From positions 1 through 64,000 of the forward strand of contig JBBIJY010000002.1 in NCBI GenBank assembly GCA_037445735.1: DNA of 64,000 nt, written 5' to 3'. A program made the translations under genes and the position numbers. Positions within the stretch are counted from its first letter, which is position 1; every line of letters begins with the position of its first letter. The stretch comes from Armatimonadota bacterium (GTDB lineage Bacteria > Armatimonadota > Fimbriimonadia > Fimbriimonadales > GBS-DC). Below the pieces are notes generated by a model. That model was not told where the DNA came from and ran no database searches. It saw only the letters and a list, made by a program, of their open reading frames with translations. This document shows positions 38,005 to 48,642 of this stretch, one piece after another.

Positions 38005-39426
38005 ATGCGACGCCAGTGGATACTGCTGATGCTCTGGTTTTGCTGGGGGCTGGGGCTGGCGCAGCAGCCCGGTCTTCAGCAGGAAATGGATCGACTGTTG
38101 AGCGTCGAATGGCTGAAGTACGGCTTCTGCGGGATTGTGGTTCGCGACCTGCGCACGGGCGAGACGCTCTACCAGCGCGAGTCGGAACGGCTGCTGATTC
38201 CCGCCTCCTGCACCAAGCTCGTCACGACCGCCGCCGCGCTCCAGCTGCTGGGCGCCGACTATCGCTATCGTACACAGGTGTGTATGCGCGGGCGGCTGGA
38301 AACAGACGGTACGCTGAAGGGCGATCTGGTTCTGCGAGGTGGAGGCGACGCCACACTGACCCTCAACGACCTGAAGCAACTGGCGCAGAAGGTGCGCGCG
38401 GCAGGCGTGCAACGGGTGGAAGGGCTGCTGCTGTACGACGACTCGTGGCTGGATGCCGAGCGCTACGGCTTCGGCTGGAACATCGATGATGAGCCGTTCG
38501 GGTATCAGGCGCAGATGAGCGCGCTCTGCGTGGAGCGCAACGCGGTGCGCCTCTATGCCCGCCCTGCCCGCCAGCTGGGCGAGCCGTCCCAGCTTCGGCT
38601 CGACCCGCCCACCGACTATGTGCAGGTGGTGAACCTGACCCGAACGACCGAGCGCGGCTCGCCTGCACGCCTTTCGGCAACACGCCTGCACGCGCTCAAT
38701 CGGCTGATTGTGTCGGGCACCATCCCGCTCGGCTCCGATGAGGTGCTGATCGGGCGCTACTCGGTGGAGAACCCCTCCCGATTCACAGCGGTGCTGTTTC
38801 GGGATACGCTGCACGAGGCGGGAGTGGTGATTTCGAACCGAATCGCGCCCCTTTTGAATGCCGACCCATCCGCCGAGCAGCTGATTGCCGAACAGCTGTC
38901 GCCCCCGATGCGCGAAATCGTTGCGCTCATCAACAAGCCGAGTGATAACCTGTTAGCCGAGACGGTGCTGAAGACGATCGGGCGCGAGAGGCGCGGGCGC
39001 GGCACGACCGATGCCGGGCTGGAAGCCGTGCGCGAGTTTCTTCAGCAGGCGGGGCTGGAGATGGACGCGGTGAATATTGTGGATGGCTCCGGGCTGTCGC
39101 GCATCAATGGCATCAGCGCGGAGAACCTCGTGCGCCTGCTGACCTTTATGGCACGCTCACCGAACGCCGAAGCCTTCCGTGCCTCGTTGCCCGTGTACGG
39201 CGTCGATGGCACCCTTCGCAACCGCCTGCGCGACACACCCGTGCAGGGCAACGCCTTCGCCAAAACAGGCAGCCTCTATCGCGTCAGCACCATCGCGGGC
39301 TATCTCAGAACCCGCAGCGGGCGCGAGCTGGTGTTCGCCATCCTGATGAACAACTACACCGCCTCCGGCAGCGACGCACGCAACCTGCAGGATCAGATTG
39401 TGCGCCTGCTGTGGGAGCGACTCTGA
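38005..39426 (+). CDS. dacB: D-Ala-D-Ala carboxypeptidase/endopeptidase (peptidase S13, PBP4)
   Basis: PASCTK (SxxK), SDN, DGSGLSR, AKTG; signal peptide. Confidence 0.92.
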   Translation: MRRQWILLMLWFCWGLGLAQQPGLQQEMDRLLSVEWLKYGFCGIVVRDLRTGETLYQRESERLLIPASCTKLVTTAAALQLLGADYRYRTQVCMRGRLETDGTLKGDLVLRGGGDATLTLNDLKQLAQKVRAAGVQRVEGLLLYDDSWLDAERYGFGWNIDDEPFGYQAQMSALCVERNAVRLYARPARQLGEPSQLRLDPPTDYVQVVNLTRTTERGSPARLSATRLHALNRLIVSGTIPLGSDEVLIGRYSVENPSRFTAVLFRDTLHEAGVVISNRIAPLLNADPSAEQLIAEQLSPPMREIVALINKPSDNLLAETVLKTIGRERRGRGTTDAGLEAVREFLQQAGLEMDAVNIVDGSGLSRINGISAENLVRLLTFMARSPNAEAFRASLPVYGVDGTLRNRLRDTPVQGNAFAKTGSLYRVSTIAGYLRTRSGRELVFAILMNNYTASGSDARNLQDQIVRLLWERL

Positions 39427-39495
39427 AGCGATTGGGACTAAAGTCCTATCATGGGCGTGCCGCGCCTTCGTATAATACTGCGGAGGTGCATTTCC

Positions 39496-41424
39496 ATGGC
39501 ACGCTCTGAACAGACCGATGAAGTATTGAATGAGCTGGAGCAGATTAAGAGTTTGCTCGGCGCGTTGAGTCAGGTCGTGATTCGGCTGGAGTCGCGCCTG
39601 AGGCAGGCGGCACAGGCTTCCCCTGAGCCGATGCGTGCTGAGTCGGCGGAAGTTCCGCCCGCCCCGGAGCCGATTCTGCCGCCTCCGCCTGAAGTGCCGC
39701 CCTCGCCCGAAGTGCCCCCTGCGCCTGAAGTGCCGCCTGTTTCGGCGCCCGAATCGGCGCCATCGGCACAGCCCGCGGCAGGCGCGAGGCGACCGCCATC
39801 CCCGCCCCCATCACCCGCGCGACCCTTCGCCTTTGAGGAGGACGCGATGGCGCGCGAGCTGGAGCAGACGCTCGGCGGTCAAATCGCGCTCTGGATTGGC
39901 GTCGCGCTGCTCTTTCTGGCGTCGGTTTTCTTCCTGAGCTGGGCGTGGACGAAGTTGGGACCGTGGGCGCGACTGGCGGTGGGCTACGCGGGCGGGCTGG
40001 CGCTCGTCGAACTTGGCTGGCTCTCGCGCCGACGCTCCGCTGGCTGGTTCGTGGACGGCGCGATTGCCGCCGGGCTGGCGATTCTCTATCTGACGACCTG
40101 GGCGGGCTTGCAACGCTACGGCGTGATGCGCTTCGAGCTGGCGTTCGCGCTGATGGTGGCGACCACCGCGCTCGGCATGGGGCTGGCGGTCGGACGCAAC
40201 TCGCAACTGCTGGCGACGCTCGCCGTCGCGGGCGGTTTTCTGACCCCGATAGTGCTGCAATCGGAGGGTGGCGCGGGCAAGCCGCTCGGTTTCTTCACCT
40301 ATCTCGCGGTGCTGAACGCAGGGCTGCTCGCCGTCGCCGCGCGCAACCGCTGGGAAGTTCAGCGATGGCTCTGCCTGATTGCCACCTGGCTGCTGCTGAT
40401 GGGCTGGGCGGCTGATAACTTCAACGACTCGGTGCGTCGCATGGTGTTCGGCTTCCTCACCCTCTATTACGCGCTGTTTCTGCTCACTGTGCTGGTGCGC
40501 GTGTTCGGTCAGCGTCAGCCTGCGACGGAGAGCGACATCGCTTTTCTGTCGTTTGCGACCCTGCTCTATGTGCCCGCGGGTCAGGGCGCGATTGCGCCCC
40601 TGCTGGGCGATTATCCGGGGCTGTTCCTGATGGGGCTGGGCGCGGTCTATCTGCTGCTGGCGTGGGTGGTGTTCCGGCTGGTGCCTGCGGATGAGATTCT
40701 CATGGGCGGGTTTGCCACGCTCGGCATCGTGCTGCTGACGATTGCCATCCCGGTGCAGTTCCGCACGCCTGTCGCCGCGCCGCTATGGAACCTTGAGGCG
40801 ATGCTGCTGGTCGCGCTGGGGCTTGGGTACGGCAGCCGCCTGCTGTACGGGCTTGGACTGGGGCTGTGGGTGCTGGCGTCGCTGCGCACGCTGGTCGCGC
40901 TCAGCGAGCCGCCGCATCTGGAGCGGATCCTCTTCAACGAGCGCGGCGTCGCCCTGCTCACATGGACACTGGGCATGATGGTGAACGCGCTGATGGCACG
41001 CGCGAATGCCCTTCAGCAAGCCGATTCACCACTGGATCGTCTTTTCCCGCGCGACGCGCTCGGCATCCTGACAGGGCTGGCGGCGCTGTTCGGCGCGGTC
41101 GGGCTGGTCACGATGGAGACCTACTACTACTTTGAGCTGATTAATCGTCCCGATAGCCCGCTGGCGCCGATGCTGGTGTCGCTGGAGTGGACGCTGTTAG
41201 GCGTGCTGCTGCTAACAGGCGGCGTGCTGAACCGTTCGCGCGGCATGCGCCTGCTGGGGCTGGCGATGCTCACCGTCACCGCCTTCAAGCTCTTCCTGTT
41301 CGATCTGGGCTTTCTGGAGATGCCCTATCGCACCTTCACCTTCGCGGGGCTGGGCATCACGCTGCTGATTGTGTCGTGGCTCTACAGTCGCTACGGCACA
41401 GCCGCCGCCGAACAGTCGCAGTGA
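39496..41424 (+). CDS. DUF2339 family multi-pass membrane protein
   Basis: Pro-rich N-terminus, ELEQTLGGQIALWIG, GGFLTP, C-terminal KLFLFDL..R..TF.GLG..L..S.LY.R. Confidence 0.82.
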   Translation: MARSEQTDEVLNELEQIKSLLGALSQVVIRLESRLRQAAQASPEPMRAESAEVPPAPEPILPPPPEVPPSPEVPPAPEVPPVSAPESAPSAQPAAGARRPPSPPPSPARPFAFEEDAMARELEQTLGGQIALWIGVALLFLASVFFLSWAWTKLGPWARLAVGYAGGLALVELGWLSRRRSAGWFVDGAIAAGLAILYLTTWAGLQRYGVMRFELAFALMVATTALGMGLAVGRNSQLLATLAVAGGFLTPIVLQSEGGAGKPLGFFTYLAVLNAGLLAVAARNRWEVQRWLCLIATWLLLMGWAADNFNDSVRRMVFGFLTLYYALFLLTVLVRVFGQRQPATESDIAFLSFATLLYVPAGQGAIAPLLGDYPGLFLMGLGAVYLLLAWVVFRLVPADEILMGGFATLGIVLLTIAIPVQFRTPVAAPLWNLEAMLLVALGLGYGSRLLYGLGLGLWVLASLRTLVALSEPPHLERILFNERGVALLTWTLGMMVNALMARANALQQADSPLDRLFPRDALGILTGLAALFGAVGLVTMETYYYFELINRPDSPLAPMLVSLEWTLLGVLLLTGGVLNRSRGMRLLGLAMLTVTAFKLFLFDLGFLEMPYRTFTFAGLGITLLIVSWLYSRYGTAAAEQSQ

Positions 41425-41452
41425 GTAAAATAGAGCGCGGGAGGTGGAATGA

Positions 41453-42940
41453 ATGGCGGATGCACAATCGCTGGAGCAGGCGGTGGCGTCGGTGGAAGGG
41501 CGCACCCGTGCAGGGCTGGCTGCGGTGGGCTGCGTGTTGCTGCTGGGGCTGCTCGGCGACGGGCTGTTCTTTGAGGCGGGCGTCGGGCTGAACCTGCCCC
41601 TGTGGAGCGCCGGCGTGGTGCTGAGCTAGCTGCTGACGGCGCGAGTGGCACACATGTCCCTGCAGCGGCTGACGCTCACGCTCGTTGCGGGCGCGTGGCT
41701 GTTCACTCTGCTAATTGCCTGGCGCGATTCGCCTGCACTGAACTGTTTGGCTACTGGCACCGCGCTGCTGCTTGTGGGGCTGGCAATCTATCCCTGGGCA
41801 CAGAACGCCCTGCGGGGCAGCATCGTGGAGTATTGCCTGCTGATGCCGCTCTATCTGCTCGGGCTGATGATGGCGGGGCTGCTCGCGCTGGTGCTGGGCG
41901 ATATTCGCTGGCGCGAGCTTTCGCATCTGCGTCCGATGCAGTCGCTGCGCCTTGTGCTGACGGGGCTGCTGCTCGCCGTGCCGTTCCTCATTTTGTTCGG
42001 CGTGCTGTTCACCTCCGCCGATGCGGTCTATCTGCAGCTGTGGCGCAACCTGTTCCAGTTCGAGTTTGACGGGCGCCATCTGGTGCTGATCGCGCTGTTC
42101 GCGTGGCTGGCAGGTGGGCTGCTGCGGCCGCTATTGTGGCGGGAGGAAATCGAGATGCGGGTGGATCAGGAGGTGCCGCGCGTGGGCGCGATCGAGATGG
42201 GCATCGCGCTGGGGCTGATTAACCTGCTGTTTATCAGCTTTGTCGCGGTGCAGATTCGCTATCTGTTCGGTGGCGCGTCGCTGGTACAGGTCACGCCGAA
42301 TTTGACCTATGCGGAGTATGCGCGGCAGGGCTTCGGGCAGCTGGTGCTGGCGTCGCTGTTCGTGCTGCCGATGCTGCTGCTGTTCGACTGGTTGACCGAT
42401 CGGCAGAATCGGGTTGCACGGCGCACCCTGCAGGTGATGGCGGTGCTGCTGATCGGGCTGCTGAGTGTGGTGATGGCGTCGGCGTGGCATCGGCTGCTGC
42501 TCTATCAGCAGGCGTACGGCTTGACTGAGCTGCGCGTCTATGCGGCTGCCGCGATGGTGTGGCTGGGGCTGACCCTCATCTGGTTTCTGCTGACTGTGCT
42601 ACCGGGTCGGCGCGAGCGGTTCAGCTTCGGCGCGGCGGCGCTGATTGCCGCCGTCGTGCTGGGACTGCATCTGGTCAATCCCGACGCGCTGATTGCGCGG
42701 GTCAATCTGCAGCGCGCCCTGCAGGGTCGGCGGCTCGATGTGGACTACCTCACGGCGCGAAGCGCGGACGCACTGCCCGTGATTGAGGCGATGCTCCCGC
42801 GCCTGCCCGCAGACCAGCAGCAGGCGGTTCGCGAGCAGCTGCGCAGGCGCTCCAGCTGGATTCACACCCGTGATTGGCGCGACTGGAACTGGAGCCGCAC
42901 CATCGGCAAACAGACACTGCAACGGCTACTCCGTCCATAG
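41453..42940 (+). pseudogene. DUF4153/DUF4173-like membrane protein interrupted by an in-frame TAG at 41627-41629
   Basis: GGAGG + ATG 41453 is in frame with the track ORF 41645; a single TAG at codon 59; LF.SAD, TYAEYARQGF.QL, YGLT.LR, NPDALIA motifs. Confidence 0.65.
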
Positions 42941-42992
42941 CAGGACAAAATTGCCCACTGAAGGGTATGCTATACGATGGGATCTAACGGTG

Positions 42993-45674
42993 ATGGAAGA
43001 GAGGGCGTCGCGCGAGCTTAAAGGAGACGCCCCGCGTGGGGTGGTCACCCTCGTGTTCACCGACATCCAGAGCTATTCGGAGATGTCGGAGCGCTATCGC
43101 GGCGCGTTCCGACCCGTGCTGGAGCAGCATAACCAGCTCCTGCGGGCAATCAGCCAGCATCATGGCGGCTACGAGGTGAAGGTGATTGGCGACGCCTTCT
43201 TTCTTGCTTTCGAAAGCGCCGAGGAGGCGGTGCGGTTCGCTCTGGAAGCGCAGAGCGCGATTCTGAACGCTGAATGGCGCATCGCTCTGCCCGACGGTGC
43301 ATCGGTGGAGGTACCCCTGCGCATCCGTATCGGCATGCACACGGGCGAGCCGGAGCCGATTGTCCATCCCGATGGCGCGGTGGACTATGTGGGACCCGAT
43401 GTGAATCGCGCCTCGCGCATCTGCTCGGCAGCGCATGGCGGGCAGATTCTGCTCTCGTCGGCGACGCACGCGCTGATGATGGCTGTGCTGGAGTCGAGCC
43501 CTGTGTCCGAGCCCGTTCAGTTCCGCCCGCTGGGTCAGTACTGGCTGAAGGGCGTGGGGCGCGAGCGGCTCTGGCAGGTGTGGAGGGAGGGGTTGCCAGA
43601 TGTTTTTCCGCCGCCGAACGCGCCCCGCGCCGAGCTGCACAACCTGACGCTTGCCGACACGCCGCTCATCGGGCGCGAGCGTGAGGTGGAGGAGCTGAGC
43701 GCGCTGTTGCAATCGCCCAATCATCCGCTCGTCACGCTGATCGGACCCAGTGGTGTGGGCAAGACGCGCCTGGCGCAGACGGTCGCCGAAACGCTGCTGG
43801 AGCAGTTCGCGGACGGCGTGTGGTTCATCCCGCTGGACGGCTTGACCACACCCGACGCGATTGCTCAGCGCATCCTGCAGGAGCTGCCCATACAGGCGCG
43901 GGGCGATGTGGACCCGCTCCAGCAGCTGGTCGCCTACGCGCAGGCGCGCACGATGCTGCTTGTGCTGGATGGAATCGAGTCGGTATCGGCGCTGACGCCG
44001 GTGGTGCGGGCGCTGGTGCAGAGCGCGGCGCACACGCGCCTGCTGGTGCTGAGTTTGAACCCGTTGCAGTTGCGGGTGGAGTATCTGTACGAGCTGAAGC
44101 CTCTGAGCGTGCCGCCGCCGTCTGCAGATCACGACCCTGCGGCACTGGAGCGCTACGGCGCGGTGCAGCTCCTGCTGGAGCAGGCGCGTCGGCACGCGCC
44201 GAACTTCGAGCTGACCGCCACGAACGCGCCCGCCATCGCTGAGCTGTGCCGCCAGCTGGACGGACTGCCGCTGGCACTGGAGCTGACTGCCGCCCGACTG
44301 GCGCTGCTGACACCCACCGAAATGCTCAAACGGCTCGATGAACGGTTCCAGATTCTGCAGACGCGCAGCCCCGACATGCCCCCGCGCCAGCGCGCCCTGC
44401 AAAGCGCCATCGAATGGTCTTACTGCCAGCTGGAGCCGTCCACCCGCGCCTTTTTCGAGCAGCTTGGCGTGTTCGCGGGCAGCTTCGCGATTGAAGATGT
44501 GGAGGCGGTGTGCGAATCGCCCAGCCCGCTCGACGATTTGCTGGAGCTGCGCCAGCGCGCAATGCTGGTTGAGCTGCACTTCAAGGACGAGCGGCGGTTC
44601 CGCCTGCTGAACCCGATGCGCCTGTTCGCACTGAGCATGGTGCGCGAGCAGCCCGACAAGTACGCCGCCCTGCGCCAGCGTCACGCGGAGCATTTCCTGC
44701 GGGTGGCGCAGTTCTGCCTGAGTCAGGTGCGAACACCCTTCGAAAGCGATGCCCTGCGGAACGCCGAGTGGCAGATGGACAACCTGCGCGCCGCGCTGGA
44801 ATGGTTCACCGAGCAAGGCGACTGGGTGCGGCGAACGCAGCTCGCGCTCGCGCTCTCCCAACTGTGCGACCGACTCGGCTGGCTGCCCAGCGCGAACGCT
44901 TACCTGCAGGACGCGCTCGACTCCGCGCTCTTTTTAGGCGAGGAGTATGGCGAGCTGCACGCCGATTTGCAACTGGAACTATCCGCGCTGCAGTATGAGC
45001 GCCACGAATGGGAGAGCGCGCTGCGCACGGCGCAGGACGCGCTGGAACGCTTCCAGTCGCTCGGCTCGCTCAAAGGGACAGCGCGCGCCCACAACCTGCT
45101 GGGACTGATTGCCCTGCGCATGGGACAGCACGATCTGGCAGAGACCCATCTGCAGAACGCTCTGCAAGCCTTTATGCGGGCGAACGAACCCGTGTGGATG
45201 GCGCTCGTGCTGAACAATCGCGGACTGCTGGAGTATGAACGGGGTCGCCTGGAGGATGCGGCGCGCTTTTTACAGCAGGCGATCCAGCGTCAACGCACGC
45301 TGGGCGACGCGCGCGGGCTGTCCGAAACGCTGACCAATCTCGGCGCCGTTTGCCTGCAACAGGGCGAGCTGGATGCCGCCCTGCGCCATTACACCGAGTC
45401 GCTCGAATGCGAGATTCAACTCCATCACCAGCTGGGCATCGCGCGCGGGTTGTGCAACATCGGTGAGGTGCTGATGCTGCAGGGCAGACCGCTGGAGGCT
45501 GCCCGCCATCTCCACGCCGCCGCCCAGCTCTTCCAGCGCTACGACTCGCCCAATCGGGACTACGCGCTCGCGCTGATTGCCAGCCTGCCACTGGATGCCG
45601 CCACCCGCGCCCAGTTAGAAGCCGAATCGCAGAACCGCGCCACCGATGACCTGCTCCAGTGGGCCCGCGCCTGA
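42993..45674 (+). CDS. Class III adenylate cyclase + NB-ARC/STAND ATPase + TPR protein
   Basis: FTDIQSYS, VKVIGDAF, RIGMHTG, DYVGPDVNRASRI; GPSGVGKT, LLVLD, LDGLPLALEL; C-terminal TPRs. Confidence 0.9.
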   Translation: MEERASRELKGDAPRGVVTLVFTDIQSYSEMSERYRGAFRPVLEQHNQLLRAISQHHGGYEVKVIGDAFFLAFESAEEAVRFALEAQSAILNAEWRIALPDGASVEVPLRIRIGMHTGEPEPIVHPDGAVDYVGPDVNRASRICSAAHGGQILLSSATHALMMAVLESSPVSEPVQFRPLGQYWLKGVGRERLWQVWREGLPDVFPPPNAPRAELHNLTLADTPLIGREREVEELSALLQSPNHPLVTLIGPSGVGKTRLAQTVAETLLEQFADGVWFIPLDGLTTPDAIAQRILQELPIQARGDVDPLQQLVAYAQARTMLLVLDGIESVSALTPVVRALVQSAAHTRLLVLSLNPLQLRVEYLYELKPLSVPPPSADHDPAALERYGAVQLLLEQARRHAPNFELTATNAPAIAELCRQLDGLPLALELTAARLALLTPTEMLKRLDERFQILQTRSPDMPPRQRALQSAIEWSYCQLEPSTRAFFEQLGVFAGSFAIEDVEAVCESPSPLDDLLELRQRAMLVELHFKDERRFRLLNPMRLFALSMVREQPDKYAALRQRHAEHFLRVAQFCLSQVRTPFESDALRNAEWQMDNLRAALEWFTEQGDWVRRTQLALALSQLCDRLGWLPSANAYLQDALDSALFLGEEYGELHADLQLELSALQYERHEWESALRTAQDALERFQSLGSLKGTARAHNLLGLIALRMGQHDLAETHLQNALQAFMRANEPVWMALVLNNRGLLEYERGRLEDAARFLQQAIQRQRTLGDARGLSETLTNLGAVCLQQGELDAALRHYTESLECEIQLHHQLGIARGLCNIGEVLMLQGRPLEAARHLHAAAQLFQRYDSPNRDYALALIASLPLDAATRAQLEAESQNRATDDLLQWARA

Positions 45675-45784
45675 AATCTCCCAGCCACCTGCGAATTCCC
45701 CTGCCGCTTCAGAGCGAGGGCACGCGCTCCCCTCGCTGACAGCAACATTCGGGAAGCGGTATAATACAGGCGTCTGGAGGTTGG

Positions 45785-46531
45785 ATGATGAGGCGAACTC
45801 GAACGGGCAACCGATGGCACCTTCTGATGCTGATGGGGGTGGCAATCGCGCTCAGCGGCTGCAAAGGCACCATCTGGAGCAAGCAGGACGAGGTGCGCAT
45901 CGGCAAAGAGGTGAGCGCGGATGTCGAAAAAGCCTACAAGCTCGACCAGAACCCCGCGCACCAGCAACGGGTGCAGCGAATTGGGCAGCGGCTTGTTGTT
46001 GTCGCCCGCGTGGAACCGTACGAATACACTTTCAAAGTGCTGGACTCGGACGAAGTGAACGCCTTCGCGCTGCCGGGCGGACCTATCTATGTGATGCGCG
46101 GATTGCTGGAGATGGTGGGCGATGACGACGACGCGCTGGCGTGCGTGCTGGGGCACGAACTGGCGCATATTAACAAGCGCCATGCTGCGCGGCAGGCGAC
46201 ACGCGGCGCATGGGCAAGCGTGCTGATCGCGCTGGGCACGCGCGGGCGCGTGCGCGATGTCGCCGAAATCTCCGCTGCCCTGCTCCAGCTCAAATACAGC
46301 CGCAATCAGGAGTATGAAGCCGACCGGGTGGGACTGGAGTACGCCTACCGAGCGGGCTACGACCCGAACGGGATGATCCGATTCTTCCAGAAAATGTTGC
46401 AGAAGCAAAAAGAGGGCGATAAGGGCATCCTGGCGAACCTGCGCACGCACCCGCTGACCGAGAACCGCATCAAACGCGCTCAGGAGCAGATCACGAAGCT
46501 GACCACATCTCCGCAGGAGGCGCGGCGGTGA
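45785..46531 (+). CDS. M48 family zinc metalloprotease lipoprotein
   Basis: LSGC lipobox, NAFALPGG, HELAH, QEYEAD, THP. Confidence 0.9.
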   Translation: MMRRTRTGNRWHLLMLMGVAIALSGCKGTIWSKQDEVRIGKEVSADVEKAYKLDQNPAHQQRVQRIGQRLVVVARVEPYEYTFKVLDSDEVNAFALPGGPIYVMRGLLEMVGDDDDALACVLGHELAHINKRHAARQATRGAWASVLIALGTRGRVRDVAEISAALLQLKYSRNQEYEADRVGLEYAYRAGYDPNGMIRFFQKMLQKQKEGDKGILANLRTHPLTENRIKRAQEQITKLTTSPQEARR

Positions 46532-47214
46532 AGGTGGCAGCGGTTGTGCCTGCGTACAACGAGGCGACGCGCCTGCCGCGCGTGCTGCAGGTGCTGACCG
46601 CCTGCGACTGCCTGCACGAGATTATCGTGGTCAACGACGGCAGCACCGACGCCACCGCCGAGGTCGCCCAGCGGTTCCCCCGTGTGCGCGTGCTGAACCT
46701 GCCTGTGAATCGGGGCAAGGGCGGCGCGATGTTCGCCGGCGCGACCGCCACCGATGCCGATGTGATTGTCTTCTTCGACGCCGACCTGATCGGGCTGAAA
46801 CCAGAGCATGTGGAGCGGCTGCTCCAGCCCCTGCGGGAGGGCGAGGTCGCCATGTCGATTGGTGTGTTTCGCGGCGGGCGGTTCAGCACGGACCTGGCGC
46901 AGATTCTGGTGCCGTTCATCAGTGGTCAGCGGGCGATGGTGCGCGACCTCTTTCTGGAGGTGCCGGGCATCGAAAGCACGCGCTCGGGTGTGGAGATCGC
47001 GCTCACGCTCCATTTCTTGCGCCAGCGCTATCCTGTTCAGCAGGTGGTGCTGACGGGCATCACTCACACGATGAAGGAGGAGAAGCTGGGCTGGTTGCGC
47101 GGCACGCTCGCCCGCTGGAAGATGTACGCCGAGATTGCCCGCGCCTTCGCCCGCTACAGCCGCCTGCGCGACCTGCGCTACGCCGTCAGCCTGCGCGGCA
47201 AACAGATCGATTGA
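46528..47214 (+). CDS. Glycosyltransferase family 2
   Basis: PAYNE, VNDGSTD, NRGKG, FDADL, SGQRA. Confidence 0.88.
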   Translation: MKVAAVVPAYNEATRLPRVLQVLTACDCLHEIIVVNDGSTDATAEVAQRFPRVRVLNLPVNRGKGGAMFAGATATDADVIVFFDADLIGLKPEHVERLLQPLREGEVAMSIGVFRGGRFSTDLAQILVPFISGQRAMVRDLFLEVPGIESTRSGVEIALTLHFLRQRYPVQQVVLTGITHTMKEEKLGWLRGTLARWKMYAEIARAFARYSRLRDLRYAVSLRGKQID

Positions 47215-47239
47215 AACAGGGTTCGATATGTTTGAACCG

Positions 47240-48211
47240 CTACCATGCGAACGCTTCGGGCGCGGGACCGCCAGGACCAGGGAATATCTCGTCCAGCCGC
47301 TTGAGGGTTGCCTCGTCGAGCCGGATCTCCAGCGCGCGCACGATGCGATCCAGCTGCTCGATGGTGCGCGGACCGATAATGGGCGCGGTGACGGCACGCT
47401 GGTGCAGCAGCCACGCGATGGCGACATTGGCGGGTTCCTCGCCCAGCTCGTCGCAGAGGCGCTCGTACGCCTCGATGCGGTCGCGATACTTCTCCAGCGC
47501 TTTCTGCACGCCTTCGGAGGCGCGCCGCCCGTTGCTGATGGCTTTCAGCACGCCACCGAGCAGACCGCTCGCCAGCGGACTCCACGGGATCACGCCCAGC
47601 CCGTACGCCTCACACGCGGGCAGCACCTCCAGCTCCACCATGCGCGCGTTCAGATTGTATAAACACTGCTCGGACACCAGCCCCATAAAGTGGCGCTGTT
47701 TGGCGATCTCCTGCGCCTGCGCGATGTGCCAGCCCGCGAAGTTGCTGCTGCCCACATACAGAATCTTGCCCTCATAGTAGAGCTGCTCCATCGCCTGCCA
47801 GATTTCCTCCCATGGGCACTCGCGGTCGATATGGTGCATCTGATAGAGATCGATCCAGTCGGTTTGCAGGCGGCGGAGGCTGTCCTCGCAGGCGCGTTTG
47901 ATGTGTCGGGCGGACAGACGCGATTCGTTGGGCCAGTCGCCCATCGTGCCGTACACTTTGGTGGCAATCACCACCTTCTCGCGCCGCCCGCCTCCTTTAG
48001 CGAACCAGCGCCCGATAATCTGCTCCGTCCAGCCCTCGCCCTTGCGCCAGCCGTAGGTGTTCGCCGTGTCAAAAAAGTTGATGCCCAGCTCAAGGGCGCG
48101 ATCCATAATGCGATGCGAGTCCTCCTCGCTGGTATGCGGACCGAAGTTCATCGTGCCCAGACATAATCGGCTCACCAGCAGACCTGAACGACCAAGATGC
48201 ACATATTGCAT
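47240..48211 (-). CDS. Aldo/keto reductase
   Basis: LCLGTMNF, FFDTANTY, IATKV, IDLYQMH, WSPLASG; start at MQYVHLG. Confidence 0.93.
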   Translation of the reverse strand: MQYVHLGRSGLLVSRLCLGTMNFGPHTSEEDSHRIMDRALELGINFFDTANTYGWRKGEGWTEQIIGRWFAKGGGRREKVVIATKVYGTMGDWPNESRLSARHIKRACEDSLRRLQTDWIDLYQMHHIDRECPWEEIWQAMEQLYYEGKILYVGSSNFAGWHIAQAQEIAKQRHFMGLVSEQCLYNLNARMVELEVLPACEAYGLGVIPWSPLASGLLGGVLKAISNGRRASEGVQKALEKYRDRIEAYERLCDELGEEPANVAIAWLLHQRAVTAPIIGPRTIEQLDRIVRALEIRLDEATLKRLDEIFPGPGGPAPEAFAW

Positions 48212-48312
48212 GGCATACACCTCCCATCTCAGGGCGACGATTCGCCATGCGGAGCCAATCCCCTGCAATCGGTCGCCTGTCGGGTAAAATCCCCTGCACA
48301 GGAGGCGGCTTT

Positions 48313-48642
48313 ATGGAACCGTTCATCACGATAGAGGAGTTTAAGAAGATCCAGCTGCGTGTGGCGACCATCACGGGCGCGGAACCTGTGCCCAACACCA
48401 GCAAGCTGCTCAGGTTGACGATCGATCTGGGAGGGGAGACGCGCACGCTGGTGGCTGGCATCGCCGACACCTACAGCCCTGACCAGCTCATCGGCAGGCA
48501 GATTGTGGTGGTGACGAACCTTCAGCCGGCGGTGATTCGCGGTGTGGTGTCCGAGGGCATGCTGTTAGCCGCCGATGTGGACGGCAAGGCGATTTTGATT
48601 CAGCCCGACAGCGCGGTTCCGCCAGGTAGCGTGGTGCGATGA
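48313..48642 (+). CDS. Stand-alone tRNA-binding OB-fold protein (MetG C-terminal/Trbp111/CsaA-like)
   Basis: ITIEEFKKIQLRVA, KLLRL.IDLG, NL.P..RG..SEGMLLAA. Confidence 0.88.
   Translation: MEPFITIEEFKKIQLRVATITGAEPVPNTSKLLRLTIDLGGETRTLVAGIADTYSPDQLIGRQIVVVTNLQPAVIRGVVSEGMLLAADVDGKAILIQPDSAVPPGSVVR

Noticed and set aside
39640..39830. PEVPP-like repeats in the DUF2339 protein as another palindromic insertion
   Set aside because: Short direct codon repeats of a Pro-rich linker; the CCCCTCACCC/GGGAGAGGG signature is absent.
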